Shown here piece after piece: positions 1-7,661 of a stretch of 40,201 nucleotides of DNA. Origin of the DNA: an uncultured Myxococcales bacterium. GTDB lineage: Bacteria; Desulfobacterota; Binatia; UBA1149; JAJCZL01. Made by a program: the position numbers and the translations under genes. The stretch is from positions 1 through 40,201 of the forward strand of contig CAZKLE010000001.1 in assembly GCA_964553415.1 (NCBI GenBank), in the 5' to 3' direction. The notes beneath the pieces were generated by a model, which made no database searches, was not told the DNA's origin, and saw nothing but the letters and a program-made list of their open reading frames with translations. Numbering within the stretch: position 1 is the first letter of the stretch; each line of letters starts with the position of its first letter.

Positions 1-1
1 A

Positions 2-1093
2 CGGAAACGCCGTCAGCTTTCTCCTTTCTCGCTTTCGTTCCTCGACATCATGTTCTGCGGCTTCGGCGCCGTCGTGCTGCTGGTACTCGTGCTCGACCAC
101 GATACGCTGCGCGCGCGAGGCGAAAGTTTCGCAGACCTGCGCGGCGAAATCGTCGGGCTCGAGCGTGAGGTCTTGGTCGGGGACAAGAAGCTCGCATCGA
201 TCCGTGGCGACGTGGCGGCGGGGAGCGAGGAGCTGGCGAAGGCCGCAGCCGAAACCGATGCGGCGCAACGGCGTATTGCGGAAGTCGAAGAGGAACTCGC
301 CCAGCGGCGCCGGCAAACTCTGGCGACTCGGGCCGATATCAAGAAATTGCGATCCGATCTCAAAACCGCAGAAGCGCAGAAAAAGCGACTCGGGGCGCCC
401 GTTGCGGGCAAGCGTGACGGCGGTGGGAAGGTCCACAGTTTCGCGGGGGAAGGTGACCGGCAATATCTAACAGGGCTCAAGATGGGGGGCAAGCGCATTC
501 TCATTCTCGTTGACGCTTCGGCGAGCATGCTCGATGAGACGATCGTCAATGTGATTCGGCGACGCAATATGGACGCGGCCCGCAAAATCGAGGCGCCGAA
601 GTGGAAACGTACCCTCGCGACGGTGGAATGGTTGGTCAGCAACTTACCGGTGACTGCGCGATTCCAAATCTACACCTTCAATACCCGTGCTGCCGCCGTC
701 AGCGGCTCGACCTCGCCGAGTTGGTTGCAAGCCTCCAGTGCCAAACAAGTCGCCGCAGCCCTGGGGTCTCTGAGCCACGTGGTGCCGAGCGGCGGGACGA
801 GTTTGTATCGTGCCTACGCTTCGGTACGGGGCCTCGTGCCGAGACCCGACAATATCTTTCTGATTACCGACGGCCTTCCTACACAGGGGCGCGCCAAGCC
901 TTCGTCGACGACGGTGTCGGCGGCACAACGCATGCAACTTTTCGAGAGCGCACAGCCGATGCTCCCGGCCGGGGTGCCGGTCAATGTGATCCTTCTTCCG
1001 ATGGAAGGCGACATGCCGGCGGCTGCGGCGTATTGGAAACTCGCTTTGGATACCCACGGTTCGTTCCTCACACCGGCGCGGGATTGGCCATGA
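2..1093 (+). CDS. Membrane-anchored coiled-coil / von Willebrand factor A (VWA) domain protein, 5'-partial (paralog 1)
   Basis: The frame is open from nt 2 to the window edge. It reads RKRRQLSPFSLSFLDIMFCGFGAVVLLVLVL (basic stretch plus TM helix). A roughly 100-aa E/R/A/L-rich coiled-coil-like segment follows. The VWA domain has a MIDAS DxSxS motif (ILILVDASASM) and a later ITDG. The stop TGA 1091-1093 overlaps the next ATG. Confidence 0.8.
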   Translation, partial: RKRRQLSPFSLSFLDIMFCGFGAVVLLVLVLDHDTLRARGESFADLRGEIVGLEREVLVGDKKLASIRGDVAAGSEELAKAAAETDAAQRRIAEVEEELAQRRRQTLATRADIKKLRSDLKTAEAQKKRLGAPVAGKRDGGGKVHSFAGEGDRQYLTGLKMGGKRILILVDASASMLDETIVNVIRRRNMDAARKIEAPKWKRTLATVEWLVSNLPVTARFQIYTFNTRAAAVSGSTSPSWLQASSAKQVAAALGSLSHVVPSGGTSLYRAYASVRGLVPRPDNIFLITDGLPTQGRAKPSSTTVSAAQRMQLFESAQPMLPAGVPVNVILLPMEGDMPAAAAYWKLALDTHGSFLTPARDWP

Positions 1094-2094
1094 GACGGCG
1101 CAACCGACGCGGAATCGAGATCTTCAACCTCTCCTTTTTGGATGTGGTTTCGTGTGGTTTCGGTGCCATCATTTTGTTGCTGGTCATCGTCAAGGTCTCC
1201 GAGCCGAGGACGTTGGCGAAGCTCTCGGTCGATCTCACGGCAACCGTTCGCGAACTCCATCAGCGCGTGCCGGAGATTGCCCGGGAGACCGCGGAGCTGG
1301 AGCGCGGGTTGAGCCGGCAGCGAGAGCGGCTCGTCTCGGTCAAGGGAACACTCGCACGTCTGCAGGGTGAGCTTGCAGTGGCGCAAGGGCGCTACGCCGC
1401 CAGCGACGGCCAATACGAGGCCCAGACGAAGATCCGCGCGGGCCTGATGTCGGCAAAACAGAAGCTGAGCGAAGAAATGCGCCGGCTTCTCGGTGCCGGT
1501 TATCGTAGGCCTGCAAGCGATGCGAGAATCGGCGGCGTGCCGGTCGACAGCGAGTATATTATTTTCATCATTGACACCTCGGGGTCCATGCAGACCTACG
1601 CCTGGCCGCTGGTCCTGCGCAAGGTCACGGAGATTCTCAGCATCTACCCCACCGTCAAAGGGATCCAGGTGATGAACGACATGGGCGAGTACCTCTTCTC
1701 AGCCGACCAAGGGCGGTGGATCCCCGATAGTCCGGCGCGCCGCACCGCAATCGTACGGCGCCTTGCCGGCTGGGCACCGTTTTCCAACTCGAGTCCGGTC
1801 GAAGGTATCGAGGCCGCCGTTCGCAGGTTTTACGCAACCGACAAGCGTATCAGCCTGTACGTGTTCGGCGACGACTTCGCACGGGGCTCCATGCAGGCCG
1901 TGGTCGACACGGTGCGACGGCTCAACCGCGGCAATTCGCGCACTGCCCGCGTGCGTATCCACGCAGTAGGGTTCCCAGTGCTTTTCGAGCAACTCGGTAT
2001 GTCGTCCAACGTCATCCGCTTCGCGGCCCTCATGCGCAAGCTGGCCGAGGACAACGATGGGAGTTTCGTCGGTCTCAACAGCCTGCGGCGTTGA
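1090..2094 (+). CDS. Membrane-anchored coiled-coil / VWA domain protein (paralog 2)
   Basis: ATG 1090 forms an ATGA overlap with the upstream stop. The N-terminus MRRRNRRGIEIFNLSFLDVVSCGFGAIILLLVIV parallels paralog 1. A coiled-coil-like region follows (LERGLSRQRERLVSVKGTLARLQGELAVAQ). The VWA MIDAS motif is IIFIIDTSGSM. Confidence 0.85.
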   Translation: MRRRNRRGIEIFNLSFLDVVSCGFGAIILLLVIVKVSEPRTLAKLSVDLTATVRELHQRVPEIARETAELERGLSRQRERLVSVKGTLARLQGELAVAQGRYAASDGQYEAQTKIRAGLMSAKQKLSEEMRRLLGAGYRRPASDARIGGVPVDSEYIIFIIDTSGSMQTYAWPLVLRKVTEILSIYPTVKGIQVMNDMGEYLFSADQGRWIPDSPARRTAIVRRLAGWAPFSNSSPVEGIEAAVRRFYATDKRISLYVFGDDFARGSMQAVVDTVRRLNRGNSRTARVRIHAVGFPVLFEQLGMSSNVIRFAALMRKLAEDNDGSFVGLNSLRR

Positions 2095-2122
2095 TTGACA
2101 GTAGATTCCCGGGGCGTACCCT
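2095..2122 (+). promoter_or_regulatory. Candidate sigma70-type promoter (TTGACA - 16 nt - TACCCT) ahead of the radical SAM gene
   Basis: TTGACA at 2095-2100 lies immediately after the VWA stop codon. A TAnnnT hexamer sits at 2117-2122. This is sequence resemblance only. Confidence 0.25.
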
Positions 2123-2208
2123 GGGCGCTCAGGCCCGGTTCCGCACGGACCGAGACGAACAGCAACCAACGGCACCGGCCGACGCCGGTGTAAGAGAGGT
2201 GTTTGAGG

Positions 2209-3390
2209 ATGGCCTACACGTTTTCAGCGCTCTATTTTGAGGCGACGCGGCGATGCAACATGCATTGCCCGGCCTGCATGACCGCCAGCAACGACCCGGT
2301 TCGGGTGCGCGCGAGTATAAAAAAGGAACTCAGCTACGACGAGATCCGCGACCGTGTGTTGATTCCCGCCCGGCGCCTGGCTGTCCGTCAGATCGGTTGG
2401 AGCGGCGGCGAATTCCTCCTGCGCAAAGATGCCTTCGATCTTTTCAGCCTCAGCGCCGAGCTTGGATACAAGTGCAACATCTGCAGCAATGGCGAGCTGC
2501 TCAGCCGCGAGCGGCTGAGCGAAATCAAGAAAGCGACGCAGGGGCGCGTGAGTATTGCCGTCGGCTTGAATTCCATTGACGAGGACAACGACTGGAGCCG
2601 CGACGCGGAGGCCGACCGAACCTTGGAAGTGCTCGAATGGTGCAAAGAACTCAAGATCGACCGTCACGTGATCATCACCATCGGCAAGTACAACACCGAG
2701 TCCTTTGAACGCACGGTGAAATATTTGGTCAAACGACATATTTCCTTCAACCGCTCGCCCTTGGTCGCACGCGGCTCCGGGGCCGAGCACTTCTTCGATC
2801 AAGGCTTCAGTCGCGAGGACCTGCGTGACAAATTCCATCCCGTGTTGCGCAAATACGTCAACGGCTACGTTAGCTACACGCCGTTTTTCCTTTCTCCCGA
2901 GCTGCACGAACAAGTTTCGGGCGGCGCGCGCAACGGCACGGTGCCGCAGAATCCTCCCATCGGTTGTTGGGTCGGGAACTGGTTGACGCTGAACGCCGAG
3001 GGTGATCTGTCCGTATGTCCCGTCTTGCTCGACACGCTGTCGGCGGGCAACGTGCGCGACAAGCCCATCGATGAGCTGGTCAACGAGAGCCCTATGTTTG
3101 CGGCGCTCACCGATCGCAGCCGTTTGAAAGGCCGTTGCGGGCGCTGCCGCTACCAGTACACCTGTGGCGGCTGCCGGGCGATGGCCTACTTCCACACGGG
3201 CGACTATCTCGAGGAAGACCCGACCTGTTTCTTCGATCCGGTCGATAAGAACACCGTCAGCGAGTACGAAGAAGAGACCAACCGGATGTTCAAGAAGCAT
3301 CTCATCGTCGCCCGCTTTTCGGGGACCTACGAGCGGCCCAAGAAAGGAGCGGACGGCAAGGTGCCGCGGCCTCCGAGCGCCGGGGCGTAA
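2209..3390 (+). CDS. Radical SAM protein with C-terminal SPASM domain
   Basis: ATG 2209 is preceded by GAGAGG. It has the CxxxCxxC motif CNMHCPAC. The SPASM-type Cys pattern is CWVGNWLTLNAEGDLSVC ... CGRCRYQYTCGGC ... DPTC. Confidence 0.85.
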   Translation: MAYTFSALYFEATRRCNMHCPACMTASNDPVRVRASIKKELSYDEIRDRVLIPARRLAVRQIGWSGGEFLLRKDAFDLFSLSAELGYKCNICSNGELLSRERLSEIKKATQGRVSIAVGLNSIDEDNDWSRDAEADRTLEVLEWCKELKIDRHVIITIGKYNTESFERTVKYLVKRHISFNRSPLVARGSGAEHFFDQGFSREDLRDKFHPVLRKYVNGYVSYTPFFLSPELHEQVSGGARNGTVPQNPPIGCWVGNWLTLNAEGDLSVCPVLLDTLSAGNVRDKPIDELVNESPMFAALTDRSRLKGRCGRCRYQYTCGGCRAMAYFHTGDYLEEDPTCFFDPVDKNTVSEYEEETNRMFKKHLIVARFSGTYERPKKGADGKVPRPPSAGA

Positions 3391-3441
3391 CCCGAAAAAA
3401 GTTCGCCGGCCGCCACGGGAAGGATACAATCGACGGCCTCG

Positions 3442-4710
3442 ATGTTTTCCGTGCGCTCTTCGATACCCGCCTGGGCGGGGGCCTTGCTTCTTATCGTCGT
3501 GGTAGGCCTGCTGGGTGCACGTATGCAGGCCAAGCTCGCCGTTTTCGAGAGCTCTGGTTCCGGGCAATGGGCCATGCAGGATTTTCGCAACGCAGTGTTC
3601 TATCCGGCCGTTGCCGTCGCCGAGGGTGTAAATCCCTACGACCGCGGGCTCTACGAGAAACGCTTTTTTACCGGCGGTCAGGGCTTCCCGGCCTATTCAC
3701 CCCTGTCGGTTCTGTTGCACGCACCGTTCCGGCTCTTGCCCTATACCGCTTCGGCGTGGACTTACTTCGTCTTGGTGGTAGCGCTGACCCTGGCGTTCGC
3801 TGTCTTTACGCTGCGTCTGCTCGATGTGCCATTCGGACTCGGGCCGGCGTTTCTGCTCGCAGCGGGAATACTGGCTGTCCGGCCCGGCTACATGAACATC
3901 TTGAACGGCCAGGTCACCATGCAGTTGATCTTCGGCAGTCTGATTGCCCTCGAGTATGGCGCGCGGCGTCCGCTGCTTGGCGGCCTCGGCTTGGCCCTTG
4001 CGACCTTGAAGCCGACGTATGCCATTCCCTTGGCGCTGGTGATGCTGGCGCGTGGCCAGCTGCGCGCGGTTGTCGTCGGCACGCTTCTCGGCACCCTGGG
4101 TGCGTTGGTCGGGGCGATGTGGATTGCCGGACATACAGGCGGGCTGTATTCGTTTTTTCAGGTGTTGCTCACCAACGTCGAAGCCAGCGGGGTTGCGCCG
4201 GCGGCCGCGGCTCAGAGCAGCTGGATCCGTGTTGATGCGGTCTCGTTGCTTGCGCGCCTGTTACACTGGCAGCCGGGCTTGAGTGGATCCGTGCTGGTCG
4301 CGGCCATCGTGCTTGCGGCCGCGGCGGCGGCCTTGTTCAGGCTGCGCGCGACGTCGGTCGACTATGACGGTGCTTGCGGCCTTGGCGGACTTCTCGCGGC
4401 GCTGGCTGTGCTGATTTCCGTCTACCATCAGCCCTACGATGTTTTGTTGTTGGTCCCGGCGGTGATCTCGCTGGGGCTGGAACGAAAACGAGAATGGCGC
4501 GAACTCAGCCGAAGTATGCGCAGGTTGCTGCTGTTGTTGACCTTGATCCCTTTTGTCAATTACCTTGCGGCCGACCTCGTCGTGTCGCACCTGAGCCCCG
4601 GTACAGCCGTGTGGACCGCCGTCGTGTCGATCAACGCCATGGCTTTGACGTTGGCTTTCGCTCTCGCGTTGGCGGCCGCGGCAAAGAAGGCAACCCCGCC
4701 CGAGGGCTGA
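3442..4710 (+). CDS. Polytopic membrane protein, GT-C glycosyltransferase (DUF2029/GT87-like)
   Basis: ATG 3442. The protein has many hydrophobic helices. Motifs recall GT87/DUF2029 (DFRNAVFYPAVAVAEGVNPYD, TLKPTYAIPL, YHQPYDVLLL). The family call is from memory. Confidence 0.6.
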   Translation: MFSVRSSIPAWAGALLLIVVVGLLGARMQAKLAVFESSGSGQWAMQDFRNAVFYPAVAVAEGVNPYDRGLYEKRFFTGGQGFPAYSPLSVLLHAPFRLLPYTASAWTYFVLVVALTLAFAVFTLRLLDVPFGLGPAFLLAAGILAVRPGYMNILNGQVTMQLIFGSLIALEYGARRPLLGGLGLALATLKPTYAIPLALVMLARGQLRAVVVGTLLGTLGALVGAMWIAGHTGGLYSFFQVLLTNVEASGVAPAAAAQSSWIRVDAVSLLARLLHWQPGLSGSVLVAAIVLAAAAAALFRLRATSVDYDGACGLGGLLAALAVLISVYHQPYDVLLLVPAVISLGLERKREWRELSRSMRRLLLLLTLIPFVNYLAADLVVSHLSPGTAVWTAVVSINAMALTLAFALALAAAAKKATPPEG

Positions 4711-4713
4711 ACG

Positions 4714-6252
4714 GTGGCTTATCCGCCGCTCATCCGCGCCCTGTGCGAACCCTCACGCTATCCGCATCGCGTTGACCACGTAGATGTCGTCGAGACCCAC
4801 ATCTCCTGGGTACTGCTCACGGGGGAGTATGCTTACAAGATCAAGAAGCCGCTGAGTCTCGGGTTCCTCGATTTTTCCACTCTCGAGCGCCGTGAGTATT
4901 TCTGCCGTGAGGAACTGCGCCTCAATCAGCGGACGGCACCGGAACTGTACCTGGATGTCGTCGCCGTAACGGGTACGGTTTCCGATCCCTGCGTCGGGGG
5001 TGACGGGCGCGTGGTCGAGTATGCCGTCCGCATGCGTGAGTTTGAACAGGCACGGCAACTCGATCGACGCAATCAATGCGGCTTGCTGACGATTGCGGAA
5101 ATGAGCGAGTTCGGCCGGTGCATGGCCGGGTTTTATGATTCCGCCGCCGTCGATCGCGAAGGCCGCTTCGGCAATAGCGAGCAGATCGGCGCCTTCGCGC
5201 TGGACAACCTGACCTCGCTGGCACGCACGACGCGGGAATCAACCGAGCGCTTGCGTCATTGGACCCGCGAGAGCCTGAGCCGCCTCGAAGCCGAGTTCTC
5301 CCGGCGGCAGGCGGCGGGATGGACCCGCGAATGCCACGGCGATTTGCATCTTAGCAACCTCGTGAAACTCGACGGCGGCATCACGGCTTTCGATTGCATC
5401 GAATTCGAGCCCGCTTTGCGATGGATCGATCCGATTTCGGATATTGCTTTTCTCGTGATGGATTTCGATCTGCGTAAGCGCTCGGACCTCGGTTCGGCCT
5501 TTCTGAACGGCTGCCTGGAAGAAAACGGCGACTACCAAGGCGTGCGGCTGCTGCGCTTCTACCTCGTCTACCGAAGCTTGGTGCGATCCAAGGTGGCGGC
5601 GCTGCGTCTTGCGCAGCCGAATCTCTCTGGCGAGGAAGCGGCGTCAGCGAGCGACAAATTACGCCGGCATCTCGAGCTAGCGCAGAACTACATCGCGCCG
5701 CGCAAGCCCCGGATGATCCTCATGCATGGGCTTGCGGCCTCGGGCAAGACTTGGCTGAGCGGACAGCTCATGTCCTTGCTCCCGGGCGTGAGGATACGTT
5801 CGGACGTCGAGCGCAAACGTCGGGGTGATCCTTCTCCCGGCTTGTATTCGCTCGAGACGAGCCGCGCGATCTATACGCGTCTGGCCGAACTCGCGGAGGC
5901 GATACTCGACGGCGGCTGCGACGTCATCGTCGATGCGGCGTTTCTCCGGCGTGAGGACCGCCGCCGTTTTTTGCAACTGGCTCACGATCGGCAAGTGGAC
6001 GTGAATGTTGTCTCGTGCCGTGCGGCGGATGACACGGTGAGCAAACGTCTCTGCCGCCGCGGTCTCGAAGGCGAGGACGCCTCGGATGCCGACGCGGAGG
6101 TTCTCGCGTGGCAGCGACGTACGGCCGAGCCGCTGGATACGGAGGATGCGGCCGTTGCCGTCGAGGTCCGAACCGACGAAGCGCTCGACCTGAGGGGGTT
6201 GCTCGAGCGGCTGCGCGCTCTCGGGCTCGCGACGCCGAGCAGTTCCAGCTAG
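4714..6252 (+). CDS. Bifunctional aminoglycoside-phosphotransferase-like / P-loop (AAA_33-type) kinase protein
   Basis: GTG 4714 lies 3 nt after the upstream stop, with a GAGGG SD. It has the kinase Brenner motif HGDLHLSN plus DCIEF. The C-terminal Walker A is HGLAASGKT. Confidence 0.75.
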   Translation: MAYPPLIRALCEPSRYPHRVDHVDVVETHISWVLLTGEYAYKIKKPLSLGFLDFSTLERREYFCREELRLNQRTAPELYLDVVAVTGTVSDPCVGGDGRVVEYAVRMREFEQARQLDRRNQCGLLTIAEMSEFGRCMAGFYDSAAVDREGRFGNSEQIGAFALDNLTSLARTTRESTERLRHWTRESLSRLEAEFSRRQAAGWTRECHGDLHLSNLVKLDGGITAFDCIEFEPALRWIDPISDIAFLVMDFDLRKRSDLGSAFLNGCLEENGDYQGVRLLRFYLVYRSLVRSKVAALRLAQPNLSGEEAASASDKLRRHLELAQNYIAPRKPRMILMHGLAASGKTWLSGQLMSLLPGVRIRSDVERKRRGDPSPGLYSLETSRAIYTRLAELAEAILDGGCDVIVDAAFLRREDRRRFLQLAHDRQVDVNVVSCRAADDTVSKRLCRRGLEGEDASDADAEVLAWQRRTAEPLDTEDAAVAVEVRTDEALDLRGLLERLRALGLATPSSSS

Positions 6253-6288
6253 CGCAGGCGCCCCGCTACGATGGCGAGGCGGGGGTGG

Positions 6289-7287
6289 TCAATCGATCGG
6301 CCACGATCCTACCGCAAACAGATCGGTGTCGTCCCGGTAGCGGTGCAGCACGATGTCGTCTCGGTCGTTCGGAACCCGACTGAGATCGTGGCCCGGGAAC
6401 ACGACCAGGTCGGGTGCAAGTTTCATCAGCAAGCGAATGCTGTTTCGCACCACGGCCGCGCGTTCGCCGTCGACGACGATGCGCTGTACGTCATCGCCGG
6501 CCAGCCAGTCGAAGTGGACGACGAGGTCTCCGGCGAGCAGTGCCGGGCCCTTGGGCAAAGCCAGCACTGCGCCCATGCCCCCGTGGGTGTGTCCGCCGCC
6601 CGCGACCAAGATGATGCTGTGGTCACCGAAGAGATCGACAGCACGGTCGAATGTTGCAAAGGACTTGGCGCTGCGGAAGTCGATTTCCCGCCAGGCATCG
6701 GCGGCGATCCAGTCGGTGTGCGAGGGCTCGAAGCCCTTCATGCGCGAAGTGGCGTTTTCGCGTTCACCGCGACCGACCACGAAGGTTGCGTGCCGAAAGG
6801 CATTCGCAGCGCCGACGTGGTCGAAATGCATGTGTGAGAAGATGACGGTTTTGACGCTGTCCGGGTCGAGTCCCACGTTGCGCATTTGCGAAGCGAGATC
6901 GAGGCCGGGACGCGAGCGAGTTTTGAATAGGAGCCTCGTGATCGGGTGCAGCGCTTTTTCGCCTTTTTCAGCGATCTCCGGCCCTAGACCGCAATCAAAG
7001 ACCACCAAACCCCGGTTGGGATGTTCGATGACGAAAGCCGGTACGGGGCGCCACGGAGCCGGAGAGCCTACGAGTAAGGGCGAAACTCGATTGGCGCCGG
7101 TGTTGAAGACGTGCAGGCGCAAGCCGGCGACTTTCGGCAAGGTTCCTTCCAACATCCCGTCTCGCACTACCGGCGCTTTGGGTCCGGCGATGACCTGCGG
7201 GCGGTAGCATCCCCACAGCGCGGTGCTAGCCAGTATGGTCAGGTAGAAAGACACTGCGGCGGAAGTGCCGGGCTTGAACTTGTACAT
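6289..7287 (-). CDS. MBL-fold metallo-hydrolase lipoprotein (N-acyl-homoserine-lactonase-like)
   Basis: It has the HxHxDH motif SHMHFDHVG and a later GGGHTHG. The N-terminal signal carries the lipobox LWGC. Confidence 0.75.
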   Translation of the reverse strand: MYKFKPGTSAAVSFYLTILASTALWGCYRPQVIAGPKAPVVRDGMLEGTLPKVAGLRLHVFNTGANRVSPLLVGSPAPWRPVPAFVIEHPNRGLVVFDCGLGPEIAEKGEKALHPITRLLFKTRSRPGLDLASQMRNVGLDPDSVKTVIFSHMHFDHVGAANAFRHATFVVGRGERENATSRMKGFEPSHTDWIAADAWREIDFRSAKSFATFDRAVDLFGDHSIILVAGGGHTHGGMGAVLALPKGPALLAGDLVVHFDWLAGDDVQRIVVDGERAAVVRNSIRLLMKLAPDLVVFPGHDLSRVPNDRDDIVLHRYRDDTDLFAVGSWPID

Positions 7288-7350
7288 TAGGCTACCGTGT
7301 CAAAGAGCTGCGGACGGTTCCAGTGCGGCCTCGTCGCCGGCAAAGCGGAC

Positions 7351-7371
7351 GCCCCCCCGGTGAGGGGGGGC
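7351..7371. other. GC-only hairpin GCCCCCCC-GGTGA-GGGGGGGC in a divergent intergenic region
   Basis: A perfect 8-bp stem is built from C7 and G7 runs. No T-tract lies on either side. Confidence 0.5.
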
Positions 7372-7661
7372 AGGGTCGATTGTGGTGGGTAGGCTGGAGC
7401 CGCGTCGTGCGGTCTCGCGCTGCCAAACACGCGGAAAAAGGCCGAAAATGAGGGCCACGCGTGGCAAAACCTCGCTCCCTGCAGGTCCTCTGATGGTAGG
7501 TGGGGGAGGTCTCGAGCGGAAGGGACCGGATAGCACGATTGGGTTTTGCTCCCAGTTGCGTTCTGCGGTTAATCTGTAGTGCAGGCGGGACGCCGCGCGT
7601 ACCCGTCGTCGCGACCTGCATTCAACCACCAACGAACCGAGGAAACCGAGGTATCCAAATC

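Noticed and set aside
2095-2193. 33-codon TTG-initiated ORF (TVDSRGVPWALRPGSARTETNSNQRHRPTPV) as a possible precursor peptide for the radical SAM enzyme
   Set aside because: It has no SD and a TTG start directly on the upstream stop codon. It lacks Cys, Ser or Gly-rich core features and shows no sign of a leader/core organisation. It cannot be supported from sequence alone.
2224-3567. 447-aa ORF on the minus strand opposite the radical SAM gene
   Set aside because: It is a shadow ORF typical of high-GC DNA. The product is Arg/Ala/Gly-rich with no motifs, and it fully overlaps a gene with clear rSAM/SPASM motifs.
7500-7661. N-terminal extension of the cytochrome ORF (start 7500)
   Set aside because: The extension is Arg/Gly-rich without an RBS. 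ATG 7662 gives a canonical signal peptide. Similar extensions were trimmed for the same reasons at 601-1089, 8627-8740, 16317-16373, 18543-18653, 23137-23160, 25477-25572, 25836-25934, 31985-32134, 36314-36490, 37629-37751 and 39650-40036.
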